Program-made: the position numbers and the translations under genes
Part shown: positions 9,475 to 18,648 of the stretch, in pieces
How positions within the stretch are numbered: position 1 is the stretch's first letter
Layout: every line of letters starts with the position of its first letter
From: an uncultured virus (IMG/VR IMGVR_UViG_3300014819_000515)
Taxonomy: Duplodnaviria; Heunggongvirae; Uroviricota; Caudoviricetes
Length of the DNA stretch: 64,000 nucleotides
Direction: 5' to 3' (one strand)
IMG/VR virus record: IMGVR_UViG_3300014819_000515
Notes under the pieces: generated by a model
The model's input: only the letters and a program-made list of their open reading frames with translations
Told to the model about the DNA's origin: nothing
Database searches by the model: none

Positions 9475-10596
9475 TTGATAATGTTTGAATATACAGAAAA
9501 TAATCATTTTAAATTTGGTTACGATAATCAATGGTTTATTGATAGATCAAACGTAAATAATAAATGGTCAGTTCAATATGGTCAGTGTAAAAGGCCTGTT
9601 CAAGATTGGAGAGAGGAATGTAAACTAGCCGCAAGCAAAATATACGATCAAAGAAAAGGGTTACCTATAGATATTTTGTTTTCAGGAGGAAAAGACAGTG
9701 AAATAACATTAAGGTCTTTTTTAGAAATTAATTTTGTCAGCAAATTTTATTTTTAAAAATGTATTTAAGCGAGCCTGGTTTGTTCATAACAGGCCAGTCA
9801 ATTCTTGATGTGAGTTTGGAAAAATTAGGGGTACATATTGTNNNNNNNNNNTTATAATATGTACGATAAAAGATGGGCGACAAAAATCTGTGAGTTTTTT
9901 AATATAAAACTCAATATACACAATTTAGACATAAGAAAATTTTGGAGATCTGATGAATGTATGCAGATAGCTAATTCAAGTAAATCAGTTAGTCCTCAAT
10001 TAATTTCTCAACAATGGTTGATGGGTCAAGTAGAAGGTATTCCCGTATTAGGTTCAGGTGAATGTTATACTGCCAGAAGTGATATAGCTATTCAAAAAAA
10101 AATTGAAAAAGGACATAGAAATTTGACTAATGTTAATTGGGTATTAATAGAAAGAGAAAAAATTGCTACTTGGTATCGGTATTTAATATCAAATAATAGA
10201 CCAGGAATTCCTGGTTTCTTTCAATATACACCTGAACTAATGTTGTCTTTTTTAGAAGATCCTATATGTCAAGATTTGCATAGTAATATAACAAAAGGAA
10301 AATTAAGTAATTCTAGTTCAAAGTCTAGTATATGTTTAAAACATTGGCCTGAAGTTAAAAAAAGATATAAAAAAACAGGATTTGAAAATTTACGTGATGA
10401 AGATTATGTACTAAGAACAATATTAATGAAAAAATATGAAAATTATCATTATGAATATTGGAGTGAAGTAAATGAATTAATAGAGTATCTTAAAGGAAAT
10501 ACAAACAAGATGCCAGACAATATGGCTCCTAATATAACAGATCCTTGCGATTCTATTACAACCTACTATAATAATATAAAAGATGAACAATTTTAA
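9475..10596 (+). CDS. PP-loop ATP pyrophosphatase / asparagine-synthetase-like protein, broken across an assembly gap
   Basis: ILFSGGKDSE in 9475-9756; continuation (VLGSGE..PGFFQYTPEL..KKTGFE) after the N gap at 9842-9852. Confidence 0.6.
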
Positions 10597-11242
10597 ATTC
10601 TTAAAATACAATTTTTCAATTTTAAAAAAAGAAACAGAACAAGACTTATTATTAAAATATTCTGAACAAACACGCTTTGGATATAACGTTTTTACAGAAA
10701 ATATAGAACATTATATCAATGAAGAATTGTTAAACTTATTATTGGATAATAATTTAAAACCAAAATTAATTGTTTTATTTAAAGGAAAAGCCAAAAGCAG
10801 AAGTAAGGAAAAAGCATTATTACATTCTGACATTTATTACGACTTTATAAATAAAAAATATAAGTTTCATTATTGCGGATTAAATCAAGAATTGTATAAT
10901 ACTAAAGCTATCTTTCACTGGTGGGAACCAATAGATGCAAAACCAGTTTATCCTTCCAAAGTAAATTTGATGTATAAAGAATTAACATTTTTAGACGGAT
11001 TGCATTATGAAGCAAGATCAAAGTATTTTAATAACCCGGAAGAAAAATTTAAATTATTAGAATCTACCAACTACGATAATAGAAAAATAATTTTAGCAAG
11101 AACGGATATACCTCACAGCGTAATATATGAATCAAACACCAATTTAGAAAAGAATCCTAGAGCTTCTGTTAGTCTTAGATTTGATACATCATTATTTAAT
11201 AGTTGGAATGATGTTATAAATAGATTTGAAAGATTATTATGA
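10583..11242 (+). CDS. 2OG-Fe(II) dioxygenase-like protein
   Basis: LLHSD..RTDIPHSV..RASVSLRF. Confidence 0.6.
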   Translation: MNNFKFLKYNFSILKKETEQDLLLKYSEQTRFGYNVFTENIEHYINEELLNLLLDNNLKPKLIVLFKGKAKSRSKEKALLHSDIYYDFINKKYKFHYCGLNQELYNTKAIFHWWEPIDAKPVYPSKVNLMYKELTFLDGLHYEARSKYFNNPEEKFKLLESTNYDNRKIILARTDIPHSVIYESNTNLEKNPRASVSLRFDTSLFNSWNDVINRFERLL

Positions 11243-11955
11243 CAAGTGAAGAATTTAAAAATAAAGTATCATACCAATCAATAATTTCGACAAAAAGTAT
11301 TTTTAATGCAACAAAAGAAGTTGGAGAAATTCAATCTTTGTTTGATAATGAAACAAATAGATTATTAGCTATTAGTAGACATGGAACTACTATATTGGTC
11401 TTAAATGAAATAATTAACAATAGTTATACCCGCCATTCATTTAATAAATTGTATGATTTAAATAATTTTAATATATTATCAAACAAACCATACTTAACTC
11501 GCCTTTATAATGGAGTACTAGAACAAGATGAAGATAATTTTAATTATGATGAATTATATCGTTTTCATTTAATTGTTGAAAAAGCAGCACTTTTAGACTA
11601 TTTAAATTTTAGAATAAATGTGCATAGACGTTCAGTATGGAATGGTCTTTTTTTACAAGAATCAATTTATTCTTTTAAACAACAAGAAGCGGAACAAATT
11701 ACAAATAGCAACGAAAATATTGATGAAATTAATTTTCCTTTTTTGAGAGAATATGCAGAATCTAAAAATATAGATTTGAAAACAGCAGCTAAAGAAGTTT
11801 TACTTCAAACAAAAATATACAAAACAAGATTAAATAATACAGAAAATATGCGTTTAAAATATAAAAATTTAATAAAAAATGAAAATGATATTAAAAAAAT
11901 ATATTTAATACTTAATCAATTTTTACGTGAAAGTTCAATGTATGCCAGAATATAA
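11239..11955 (+). CDS. hypothetical protein (helical C-terminus)
   Basis: 238 aa ORF overlapping both neighbours. Confidence 0.7.
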   Translation: MTSEEFKNKVSYQSIISTKSIFNATKEVGEIQSLFDNETNRLLAISRHGTTILVLNEIINNSYTRHSFNKLYDLNNFNILSNKPYLTRLYNGVLEQDEDNFNYDELYRFHLIVEKAALLDYLNFRINVHRRSVWNGLFLQESIYSFKQQEAEQITNSNENIDEINFPFLREYAESKNIDLKTAAKEVLLQTKIYKTRLNNTENMRLKYKNLIKNENDIKKIYLILNQFLRESSMYARI

Positions 11956-13081
11956 TCTTATATGGTATAGTGCTGTTGATATATTTCATAGCACAAGAGG
12001 TACGCATACACCAATATTTCAAAACAAACCTGGTTTTAATTTTATACGTTATGTTATTCAATTTTTTGGTTCTCAAATTTCAATGATGGATAGAACTGAA
12101 ACAATAAAAGTTCCTATAAATTGTACAATTTTGCCTTTTTTAAAATTACCAGAACTTAAAAAAGTAAACACAAATTTTGAAGAACTATGTGAAAAAAGAG
12201 CAAGATTGTTACTAGACAAAGCTATATCAACAAATAGAAAACTAACAATAATGTATAGTGGAGGTATTGATAGTACATTAATTATGGTTAGTTTATTAAA
12301 AGTTGCAACAGACAAAGAACTAAAAGAGCATGTTATTGTTTTATTAACACATGCCAGTATTTTTGAAAATGAGAATTTTTTTAAAAATTATATAATTAAA
12401 AAATGTAATATTGAAAGCACATTTGATTTTACGCACTTTTTAGGGAACAACAACTACATAGTAGTAACTGGAGAAACTGGAGATCAATTATTTGGTTCAA
12501 TGGCTACAAGAAATTTTTATATTAAATATGGTAAAGAGTTTGTACAAGGAGAAGTTACTTACGAAAAAATAGAAAAAATATTTTTAGATACACATTTAAC
12601 TAATGAAACCTTAACCAAAAAAGAAGCTAGCAAGGTAATATTGCCATTATTCAACGTTATTGGAAAGGCTCCTTTAGAAATAACAAGCATTTATCATTTT
12701 TTCTGGTGGTTAAATTTTACATTGAAATGGCAATCTGTATACACAAGGACATTAGCTTATGTAAAACCAAAATATGAAAAAACATTAAAAATGGAAGATA
12801 ATTATTTTGCTTTTTTTAGTGATACTGAAATGCAATTGTGGGTTATGAATAATCCGGACAAACTAATTAGAGATGATTATAAATCGTACAAATATATAGC
12901 AAAAGATATAATATACAAATTTGACAATAATGAGGATTATTGGAAAAACAAAGTTAAATGGGGAAGTTTAGCTGATGTTTTTATGACACGTGTTCCAGCA
13001 AGATACATAGATGATAAAATGAATTTTGGCAGAAATGACATACCTGAAAGTATCTGGAACGATAACAATTCCTTTGTATAA
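11942..13081 (+). CDS. asparagine-synthetase C-domain-like ATP-dependent amide ligase
   Basis: YSGGIDST PP-loop and TGETGDQLFGS motif; no N-terminal Cys glutaminase domain. Confidence 0.75.
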   Translation: MPEYNLIWYSAVDIFHSTRGTHTPIFQNKPGFNFIRYVIQFFGSQISMMDRTETIKVPINCTILPFLKLPELKKVNTNFEELCEKRARLLLDKAISTNRKLTIMYSGGIDSTLIMVSLLKVATDKELKEHVIVLLTHASIFENENFFKNYIIKKCNIESTFDFTHFLGNNNYIVVTGETGDQLFGSMATRNFYIKYGKEFVQGEVTYEKIEKIFLDTHLTNETLTKKEASKVILPLFNVIGKAPLEITSIYHFFWWLNFTLKWQSVYTRTLAYVKPKYEKTLKMEDNYFAFFSDTEMQLWVMNNPDKLIRDDYKSYKYIAKDIIYKFDNNEDYWKNKVKWGSLADVFMTRVPARYIDDKMNFGRNDIPESIWNDNNSFV

Positions 13082-13089
13082 ATAAAAAT

Positions 13090-13701
13090 ATGGTAAGTTA
13101 TAATTTTTATAATATAAAAGAAAATGTGGTTTATGAATCTAAACCTTACGACTTGTATCAATATAAAGTTTTCATAGGCAACCACACAATTCAAACAAAT
13201 ACAAAAAGTAGTTATTGGTACTTAAAAGAAAATATAGTTATATCTAAAACTGGCGACAATCAAATAATTGAAAGTGATAAAATGTGTGTTGAACTTTTTG
13301 GTTACACACCAGAAACTAGAACTAGTACATATGATAGACTATCAGATTTACCTTATATTAATGGTTGTAGTACAAAACAATTAATTAATCCTAATAGACT
13401 TGGCGATCCTACTTGGCAGTTGTTGTATATTCCACCATATTCAGCAGAACAAGCACATCACGTTCACTCTACAGCTAGAGTTGTATATGTACATCAAGGT
13501 AAAGGAAAAAGTCATATAGGCCAAGATGATAAAATTAAAACTTATGATTTAACACCAGGAACTGTTGTTATACTAGATAAAATGATACCTCATCATTTTT
13601 CAACTGATGAAGAAGGTCTTATAGTTTTACCTATTCATATTTTTTCAAGTACATCATTAGAAAATAACCATCCAATGTTTTCAGGAACTCACAAAGTCTA
13701 A
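13090..13701 (+). CDS. cupin domain protein
   Basis: HHVHSTARVVYVHQGKG..LTPGTVVIL..PHHFST; TATAAATA at 13077-13084. Confidence 0.8.
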   Translation: MVSYNFYNIKENVVYESKPYDLYQYKVFIGNHTIQTNTKSSYWYLKENIVISKTGDNQIIESDKMCVELFGYTPETRTSTYDRLSDLPYINGCSTKQLINPNRLGDPTWQLLYIPPYSAEQAHHVHSTARVVYVHQGKGKSHIGQDDKIKTYDLTPGTVVILDKMIPHHFSTDEEGLIVLPIHIFSSTSLENNHPMFSGTHKV

Positions 13702-14390
13702 ACAAACTTATTGTAGTCAATCCATTCGTGAGGTTTATTTACCGCACTAGTAAAATGCACTAACTTTATATCTTTATGAAATTCTCCACCCAAATATATA
13801 TAATCATTATTTGTTAAATCTTTATATTTCTTTGTAATACTAAATTGCCAACGGGGTAAATACACTCCATCAATACTATCGTTAGAACACCATCGAGTAA
13901 TCCAACTATCCGGCACAGTAATTAATTCTAATCTTTCTTTAACACTATCCTCAACAAAACATTGTTCACCATTTACTGGACCTGTTGTTGTGCCATTTTT
14001 TATATAATAAGATTGCCAGTAATCAATATCTTTCATAAACTTATCATAGATATATTTACAATCTTTAGGATAGTATTTAAAAAAACCACCATTAATTTTA
14101 TAATTTTTTTCGTTTCTCCACCACCCAGGTATAGTTATAAACTGGCCGGGTTTAATAGGATAATCAAATAGTTGTTTATAATCATTTACTAATAAAATAT
14201 CAATATCAATAAAACAAATAGGTTCATTTATGTCTAATGACATACCGTACATTTTATTCCATTGAAGTTGTACTCTAGGGTCTATAGGTTCTCTAATAAA
14301 TTGTAAATCATAAGAAGGAAGTTTTTGCTTAAGATATTCTTCATATTCGGGACCGTATTTTTCTCCTATTCTAATAGCAAATATTTTCAT
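13698..14390 (-). CDS. GT-A glycosyltransferase-like protein
   Basis: GEKYGPEY..WNKM..FIDIDIL..GEQ..VHFT..KPH. Confidence 0.75.
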   Translation of the reverse strand: MKIFAIRIGEKYGPEYEEYLKQKLPSYDLQFIREPIDPRVQLQWNKMYGMSLDINEPICFIDIDILLVNDYKQLFDYPIKPGQFITIPGWWRNEKNYKINGGFFKYYPKDCKYIYDKFMKDIDYWQSYYIKNGTTTGPVNGEQCFVEDSVKERLELITVPDSWITRWCSNDSIDGVYLPRWQFSITKKYKDLTNNDYIYLGGEFHKDIKLVHFTSAVNKPHEWIDYNKFV

Positions 14391-14411
14391 AATTTACATC
14401 TAACTTATTCA

Positions 14412-15038
14412 TCATTTTCCTATAACCATAAATCGTGTCATACCATTATGTAAAACTTTTGAACCTGAAAAATATATTTCTTTTAAATTTGCCTGTTTAC
14501 TCAATTCTTCAGCACTACTAACACAATTAATATGGTCATCATATTTTGTTTCACTAGTTGACTGTAAAACTAATATTGCATCTAAGGCTGGATTCAATTC
14601 TTTAATTTTTTTCATATAGAACATATGTTCACAAGCAGTATTAACAATCATATCATAATGTTCTTCAATAGGATCTATAAAAACATTTTTTTCATATACT
14701 TTATATTTGCCTTTTTTTTTATATCTTCTATTAAACTCACAACTTATTAATCGAGCATCTTCATCTATATCATAATTGTGGACCAAATCAACTTTTAAAT
14801 TATCTATTAATAAAGGTGTAATGTAATGTGCAAACCAGCCACCAATAATTGCAACCTTCTTGTGATATAAATTTAATTTTTGTAATTCAGTTGTTAACCA
14901 TAGTTTAGATTGCATTTGAGATGATGTTGATGAATCCAATAATCTTTTAAATGCCCAAGGTTTTTCAAATTTTGTATCATACCAAGTTTTACTCCAGTCA
15001 TTTGCCATTTCAGAAGTGTACTTTATATAATCTACCAT
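14412..15038 (-). CDS. class I SAM methyltransferase-like protein
   Basis: VAIIGGWF, YDID, VNTACEHM, RFMVIG. Confidence 0.65.
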   Translation of the reverse strand: MVDYIKYTSEMANDWSKTWYDTKFEKPWAFKRLLDSSTSSQMQSKLWLTTELQKLNLYHKKVAIIGGWFAHYITPLLIDNLKVDLVHNYDIDEDARLISCEFNRRYKKKGKYKVYEKNVFIDPIEEHYDMIVNTACEHMFYMKKIKELNPALDAILVLQSTSETKYDDHINCVSSAEELSKQANLKEIYFSGSKVLHNGMTRFMVIGK

Positions 15039-15763
15039 AACTCCTTTATTTCATCAACTTGATACATATGTTCTTCTATTTTATCTGCACTGTTATTAAA
15101 TAAACAAATTTTATGATCTGTTCTTAATTTTTTAATTTCCATGTCGTCTGGAAATACATTTCCTTTATACCAAGAATATATATCTCCTTTTGGATACACA
15201 TTGAAAAAACTATCTTCTTCTTTCCAAGTGTTATAAAAAAAATGATTATAATAGTTATCTATAGTTCTATATGTAAAAAATATAACCTCTATATTCTTAA
15301 CCACGTGTTCGTAAATTGGTTTTAACTGACTTCTATTCCAACGAACAACTGATGAATTTAAAATAGGACATTGTATCTTACCATAATTATTTTTACATTT
15401 TCCAATATCATTCCACCAACCTTTTGCAATATAAGGTTTTTTCATATCTAAGTTAAAAAAATATTTTAAATCTTTATGTATTAGTATATCTAAATCTAAG
15501 TATAAAAATTTATTTCCTTGTATAGTAGGAAACAAATCTTCATTAAAAATATATAATTTTCTGTAGGCCCAAAATTTAGTTGGTCTATAATGCTTATCCC
15601 AAAAATTGGGTAATGCTATATCGTAGTCGTTTATTGGATTATCTGTAAGGCAATAAAAATTAAAAGGAACAGAACAATTTTTTTCTATTTGCTTTTTTAA
15701 TTTTTCAACATAGCCATTATATTTTGTTCCCCACTTTACGCATACTATTGTGTTTTCAATCAT
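15032..15763 (-). CDS. GT-A glycosyltransferase-like protein
   Basis: VCVKWGTKY..FYCLTD..YLDLDILI..NSSV. Confidence 0.8.
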   Translation of the reverse strand: MIENTIVCVKWGTKYNGYVEKLKKQIEKNCSVPFNFYCLTDNPINDYDIALPNFWDKHYRPTKFWAYRKLYIFNEDLFPTIQGNKFLYLDLDILIHKDLKYFFNLDMKKPYIAKGWWNDIGKCKNNYGKIQCPILNSSVVRWNRSQLKPIYEHVVKNIEVIFFTYRTIDNYYNHFFYNTWKEEDSFFNVYPKGDIYSWYKGNVFPDDMEIKKLRTDHKICLFNNSADKIEEHMYQVDEIKELW

Positions 15764-15781
15764 ACATAATATATAAAAGAT

Positions 15782-16267
15782 TTATTTAATATCTTTTAAA
15801 CTGTCTAGGACTTCTAATATTGATTTGGCGTTTCTAATTAATAACTTTTTATCAGCATCTGTACTATTCTTTATAAGGTCTAATTCAAAAACTTTTACTT
15901 TTAATGAAAACAAAATTTCTAAATGTAATTGGTTTGTAGTATCAAAATTTAGTAAACTATTAGAAAAGCCATCTTTTAATTTATTAACCTCCTTCTGAAT
16001 ATCTTTGGCTTCATCTAAAGCGTCTTGTTCGTATTTTGAAACAACTTTTTTTAGTTGTGAACGATATTGATTTAAACGTTCAGTTGTTGATGTTAATAAA
16101 TTTTCAGAACTATATTCTTTTATTAAATCAATAAAATCTGGATGAGAAGGATCATATATTAAATAATAACTAATAGCCTTTTCGCCTTCTTTATATATTA
16201 CTTCTATAGTATTTCTTTCTTTATTTGTATAATAAGCTTCTATTATTTTTCCACTAAAAATTGCCAT
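15782..16267 (-). CDS. hypothetical protein
   Basis: 161 aa ORF in the structural operon. Confidence 0.7.
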   Translation of the reverse strand: MAIFSGKIIEAYYTNKERNTIEVIYKEGEKAISYYLIYDPSHPDFIDLIKEYSSENLLTSTTERLNQYRSQLKKVVSKYEQDALDEAKDIQKEVNKLKDGFSNSLLNFDTTNQLHLEILFSLKVKVFELDLIKNSTDADKKLLIRNAKSILEVLDSLKDIK

Positions 16268-16270
16268 AAT

Positions 16271-16588
16271 TTAAACCTCTACTGTAGTAACTTTTCTCGT
16301 TATATTATTTTGTGTTTCGTATCCTTTTCTAATTAAAAAAGGAAGTTTTAATTCTTCTTCACTCAAATATGCTTCAAAATCCTCTTTAGTTTTCCATAAG
16401 AAAGCATAAGAAAATGTTAATTGATCGGCTGTTTGGTTTTGAGCTTTAGAAATTAATTGACCGCTATCAAGATATTTCTTTTGTATTCTATCAAATGTAG
16501 CATTATGCGGTATGCCTATATCTGATAATCTAAATATTTTAACTTCTATTGAAGGTCTTGTTAATTCTATTGTTTGTAAAAGTGACAT
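16271..16588 (-). CDS. hypothetical protein
   Basis: 105 aa ORF with AGGAG RBS. Confidence 0.7.
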   Translation of the reverse strand: MSLLQTIELTRPSIEVKIFRLSDIGIPHNATFDRIQKKYLDSGQLISKAQNQTADQLTFSYAFLWKTKEDFEAYLSEEELKLPFLIRKGYETQNNITRKVTTVEV

Positions 16589-16595
16589 AATTCTC

Positions 16596-17531
16596 CTATA
16601 CTTTATTTATACGAAACACATAAGTGTTAGCTGTTGTTGGTGCACCATCAGGAAATTCTTGTGCTCTATAATCATCAGCTCCTGCTTGAAAAGTCTGATA
16701 ATTACCCGTACCTCCTGCTAATATAGTATTTACTATTGATGATCCTCTGCTAGTACCTGTACCATCAATATTATAAGTTATTGAATTTCCTGAAACAGAT
16801 GCAGCTGCTTCGGAACGAATATAATTTGATAATAATGCTGCAATTTCTACTTGTGAAAATTGTTTTATATTGTTACTACCATCAGCATATAAAGGCACTT
16901 GACTTAAAGTAACAGTACTACCATTAATTTTATGTAAATAATAATTTGTAATTGTGGTTGGTTGATCTATAGCTTCAGGTATACTAGCAGCTGTATATAA
17001 CGTAGTATCGGCTCTTGTATCGGTAAATATTGGAGTAGAAGATACTACTGTTGCTCCTGCCTCACTTAAAGTAGTCGAAACAAAATATGTTCCACCTTGT
17101 AATGCAGTTAATGATCCACTTGTTAATGTTGTAATAGCTGGTGCAATAAACGTATCAATAAAATCAGTAGATGACATATGCTGTAAATTACCACCTGTAG
17201 TATAATATAAAGGAAAAGTTTTACCAGTATCAGAAGTAGGAGTTACAGTAGCGGCCGCTTGTAAAATTCTTTGATATGCTATTGTTACCGTACTCGGTTC
17301 TGCTGTTGTAGCTTCAGTAGGAAAAGCAACTGCATTTGTTGAAGCCGCACCTGCTTGTAATCTTGTATCGTTAATAGAAGTTAAATTTCCACCGGAACCT
17401 ATAACTGTTAATGATTTTGAAGGATTTAAAGAATATTCGTAAATAGCAAGATTTTGCAGGTCGGTAATCATACCGGCGTCCATCTCTCTTAAATTACCTG
17501 ATACATAATATAATGGTTTTCTCACTGCCAT
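16596..17531 (-). CDS. virion structural protein (tail/fibre-associated)
   Basis: Thr/Ala/Gly-rich; three PLYY..GNL-type repeats; C-terminal DYRAQEFPDG. Confidence 0.65.
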   Translation of the reverse strand: MAVRKPLYYVSGNLREMDAGMITDLQNLAIYEYSLNPSKSLTVIGSGGNLTSINDTRLQAGAASTNAVAFPTEATTAEPSTVTIAYQRILQAAATVTPTSDTGKTFPLYYTTGGNLQHMSSTDFIDTFIAPAITTLTSGSLTALQGGTYFVSTTLSEAGATVVSSTPIFTDTRADTTLYTAASIPEAIDQPTTITNYYLHKINGSTVTLSQVPLYADGSNNIKQFSQVEIAALLSNYIRSEAAASVSGNSITYNIDGTGTSRGSSIVNTILAGGTGNYQTFQAGADDYRAQEFPDGAPTTANTYVFRINKV

Positions 17532-17537
17532 AATGAA

Positions 17538-18425
17538 TTACGCTCCTGCGCCGTATAAAGTTTTTAAAACTCCTCCAGTTGAGTTTAATATTGATAATGT
17601 AACCACGCTTTTTAATTTTGCTGCCGCAACAGCGTTGTCAGCTATTTTAGCTTCTATTATTGCACTATCTAATAATTTTCCACCTGTTATACTGCCAGTT
17701 AACATTGTATTTGAAACTGTTTCTGTATCAGCAGATGTAATTAATGTTCCCGTAATATTAGGTATTGTAATTGTTCTGTCTGCTGTAGGATTAACAACTG
17801 TAACTGTTGTTTCAAAAGCATCAGATGATGAACCTTCAAAAAGTATTGAAGAATTAAATACAGGAGTAGCATCAAAATTTAAAATTTTATCAGCTCTTAA
17901 TGATTCAATTGTAGGAAACCCTGCCGTTTCATAAAAAGAACCACTACCAGCAGATGTAGAAAATGCATTTGCTCTTAATATATCGTTAACAAACAATCGT
18001 GTTGAATCTACAGAACGAATTGTATTACCACTAATTTCTACTGTGCCTAATGTATGCGTTGAACCTGTGGCCGTTAAGTTATTTGTTACTGTTAAGTTAT
18101 TTGGTATAGTAACGTTACTAGTTAAACTTACAGTTAATGTATCTGGTGAACTTACAATTGCATTAATTTGATTTGAAGTACCTTTTACGTCTAAAATTTG
18201 ACCTGCACCTATAGCTTGAATTGTTGAACTTGAATCTCGTATAGTCCAAGCTGCAGCATTAAAAGCAACGCCGGCTATTTCCACAACTGCACCTACAATA
18301 GACGTGGCCGAAAGACCAGCGCCTGCAAGTAATGATGGATTACCAAAATCAGTTTGAGTTAAAGTATTTAACTTAACTCGCATTTGTTCTAGTGTATCAG
18401 TGTCATTGATTACTGTAAATGCCAT
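17538..18425 (-). CDS. virion structural / short fibre protein
   Basis: N-terminal TDTLEQMRVKLN; FEGSSSDAFETT..PTADRTITIPN fibre motif. Confidence 0.7.
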   Translation of the reverse strand: MAFTVINDTDTLEQMRVKLNTLTQTDFGNPSLLAGAGLSATSIVGAVVEIAGVAFNAAAWTIRDSSSTIQAIGAGQILDVKGTSNQINAIVSSPDTLTVSLTSNVTIPNNLTVTNNLTATGSTHTLGTVEISGNTIRSVDSTRLFVNDILRANAFSTSAGSGSFYETAGFPTIESLRADKILNFDATPVFNSSILFEGSSSDAFETTVTVVNPTADRTITIPNITGTLITSADTETVSNTMLTGSITGGKLLDSAIIEAKIADNAVAAAKLKSVVTLSILNSTGGVLKTLYGAGA

Positions 18426-18428
18426 TGT

Positions 18429-18647
18429 TTATTTTTTAATTACCTCTTTTAATAATTCTTTTATTTCAAATAATTCTTGTTTTAAAATATTTATCTCTTT
18501 TATAGTAGTTCTTATTTGGTCACCTTGTTGTTCACGTGATTTGATTCTATTCATATACACCTGATATTCACTTTTATTTGTATTTACAATAGCGTTTGAT
18601 CTTATATCTCTTACAAGTGAACTATGGCCTTCAACTTTAATTTTCAT
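18429..18647 (-). CDS. conserved T4-like hypothetical protein
   Basis: KVEGHSSLVRD..AIVNTN plus coiled coil. Confidence 0.75.
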   Translation of the reverse strand: MKIKVEGHSSLVRDIRSNAIVNTNKSEYQVYMNRIKSREQQGDQIRTTIKEINILKQELFEIKELLKEVIKK

Positions 18648-18648
18648 A

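Noticed and set aside
9733..9852. Possible intron or insertion interrupting the PP-loop gene (about 110 nt of out-of-character sequence with a GCCTG..CAGGC stem)
   Set aside because: It abuts an N gap and shows no recognisable intron core. A contig-end misassembly is the simpler explanation; reads are needed to decide.
11942..13081. Lasso peptide cluster
   Set aside because: No B-protein (transglutaminase-like peptidase), RRE or precursor peptide seen nearby.
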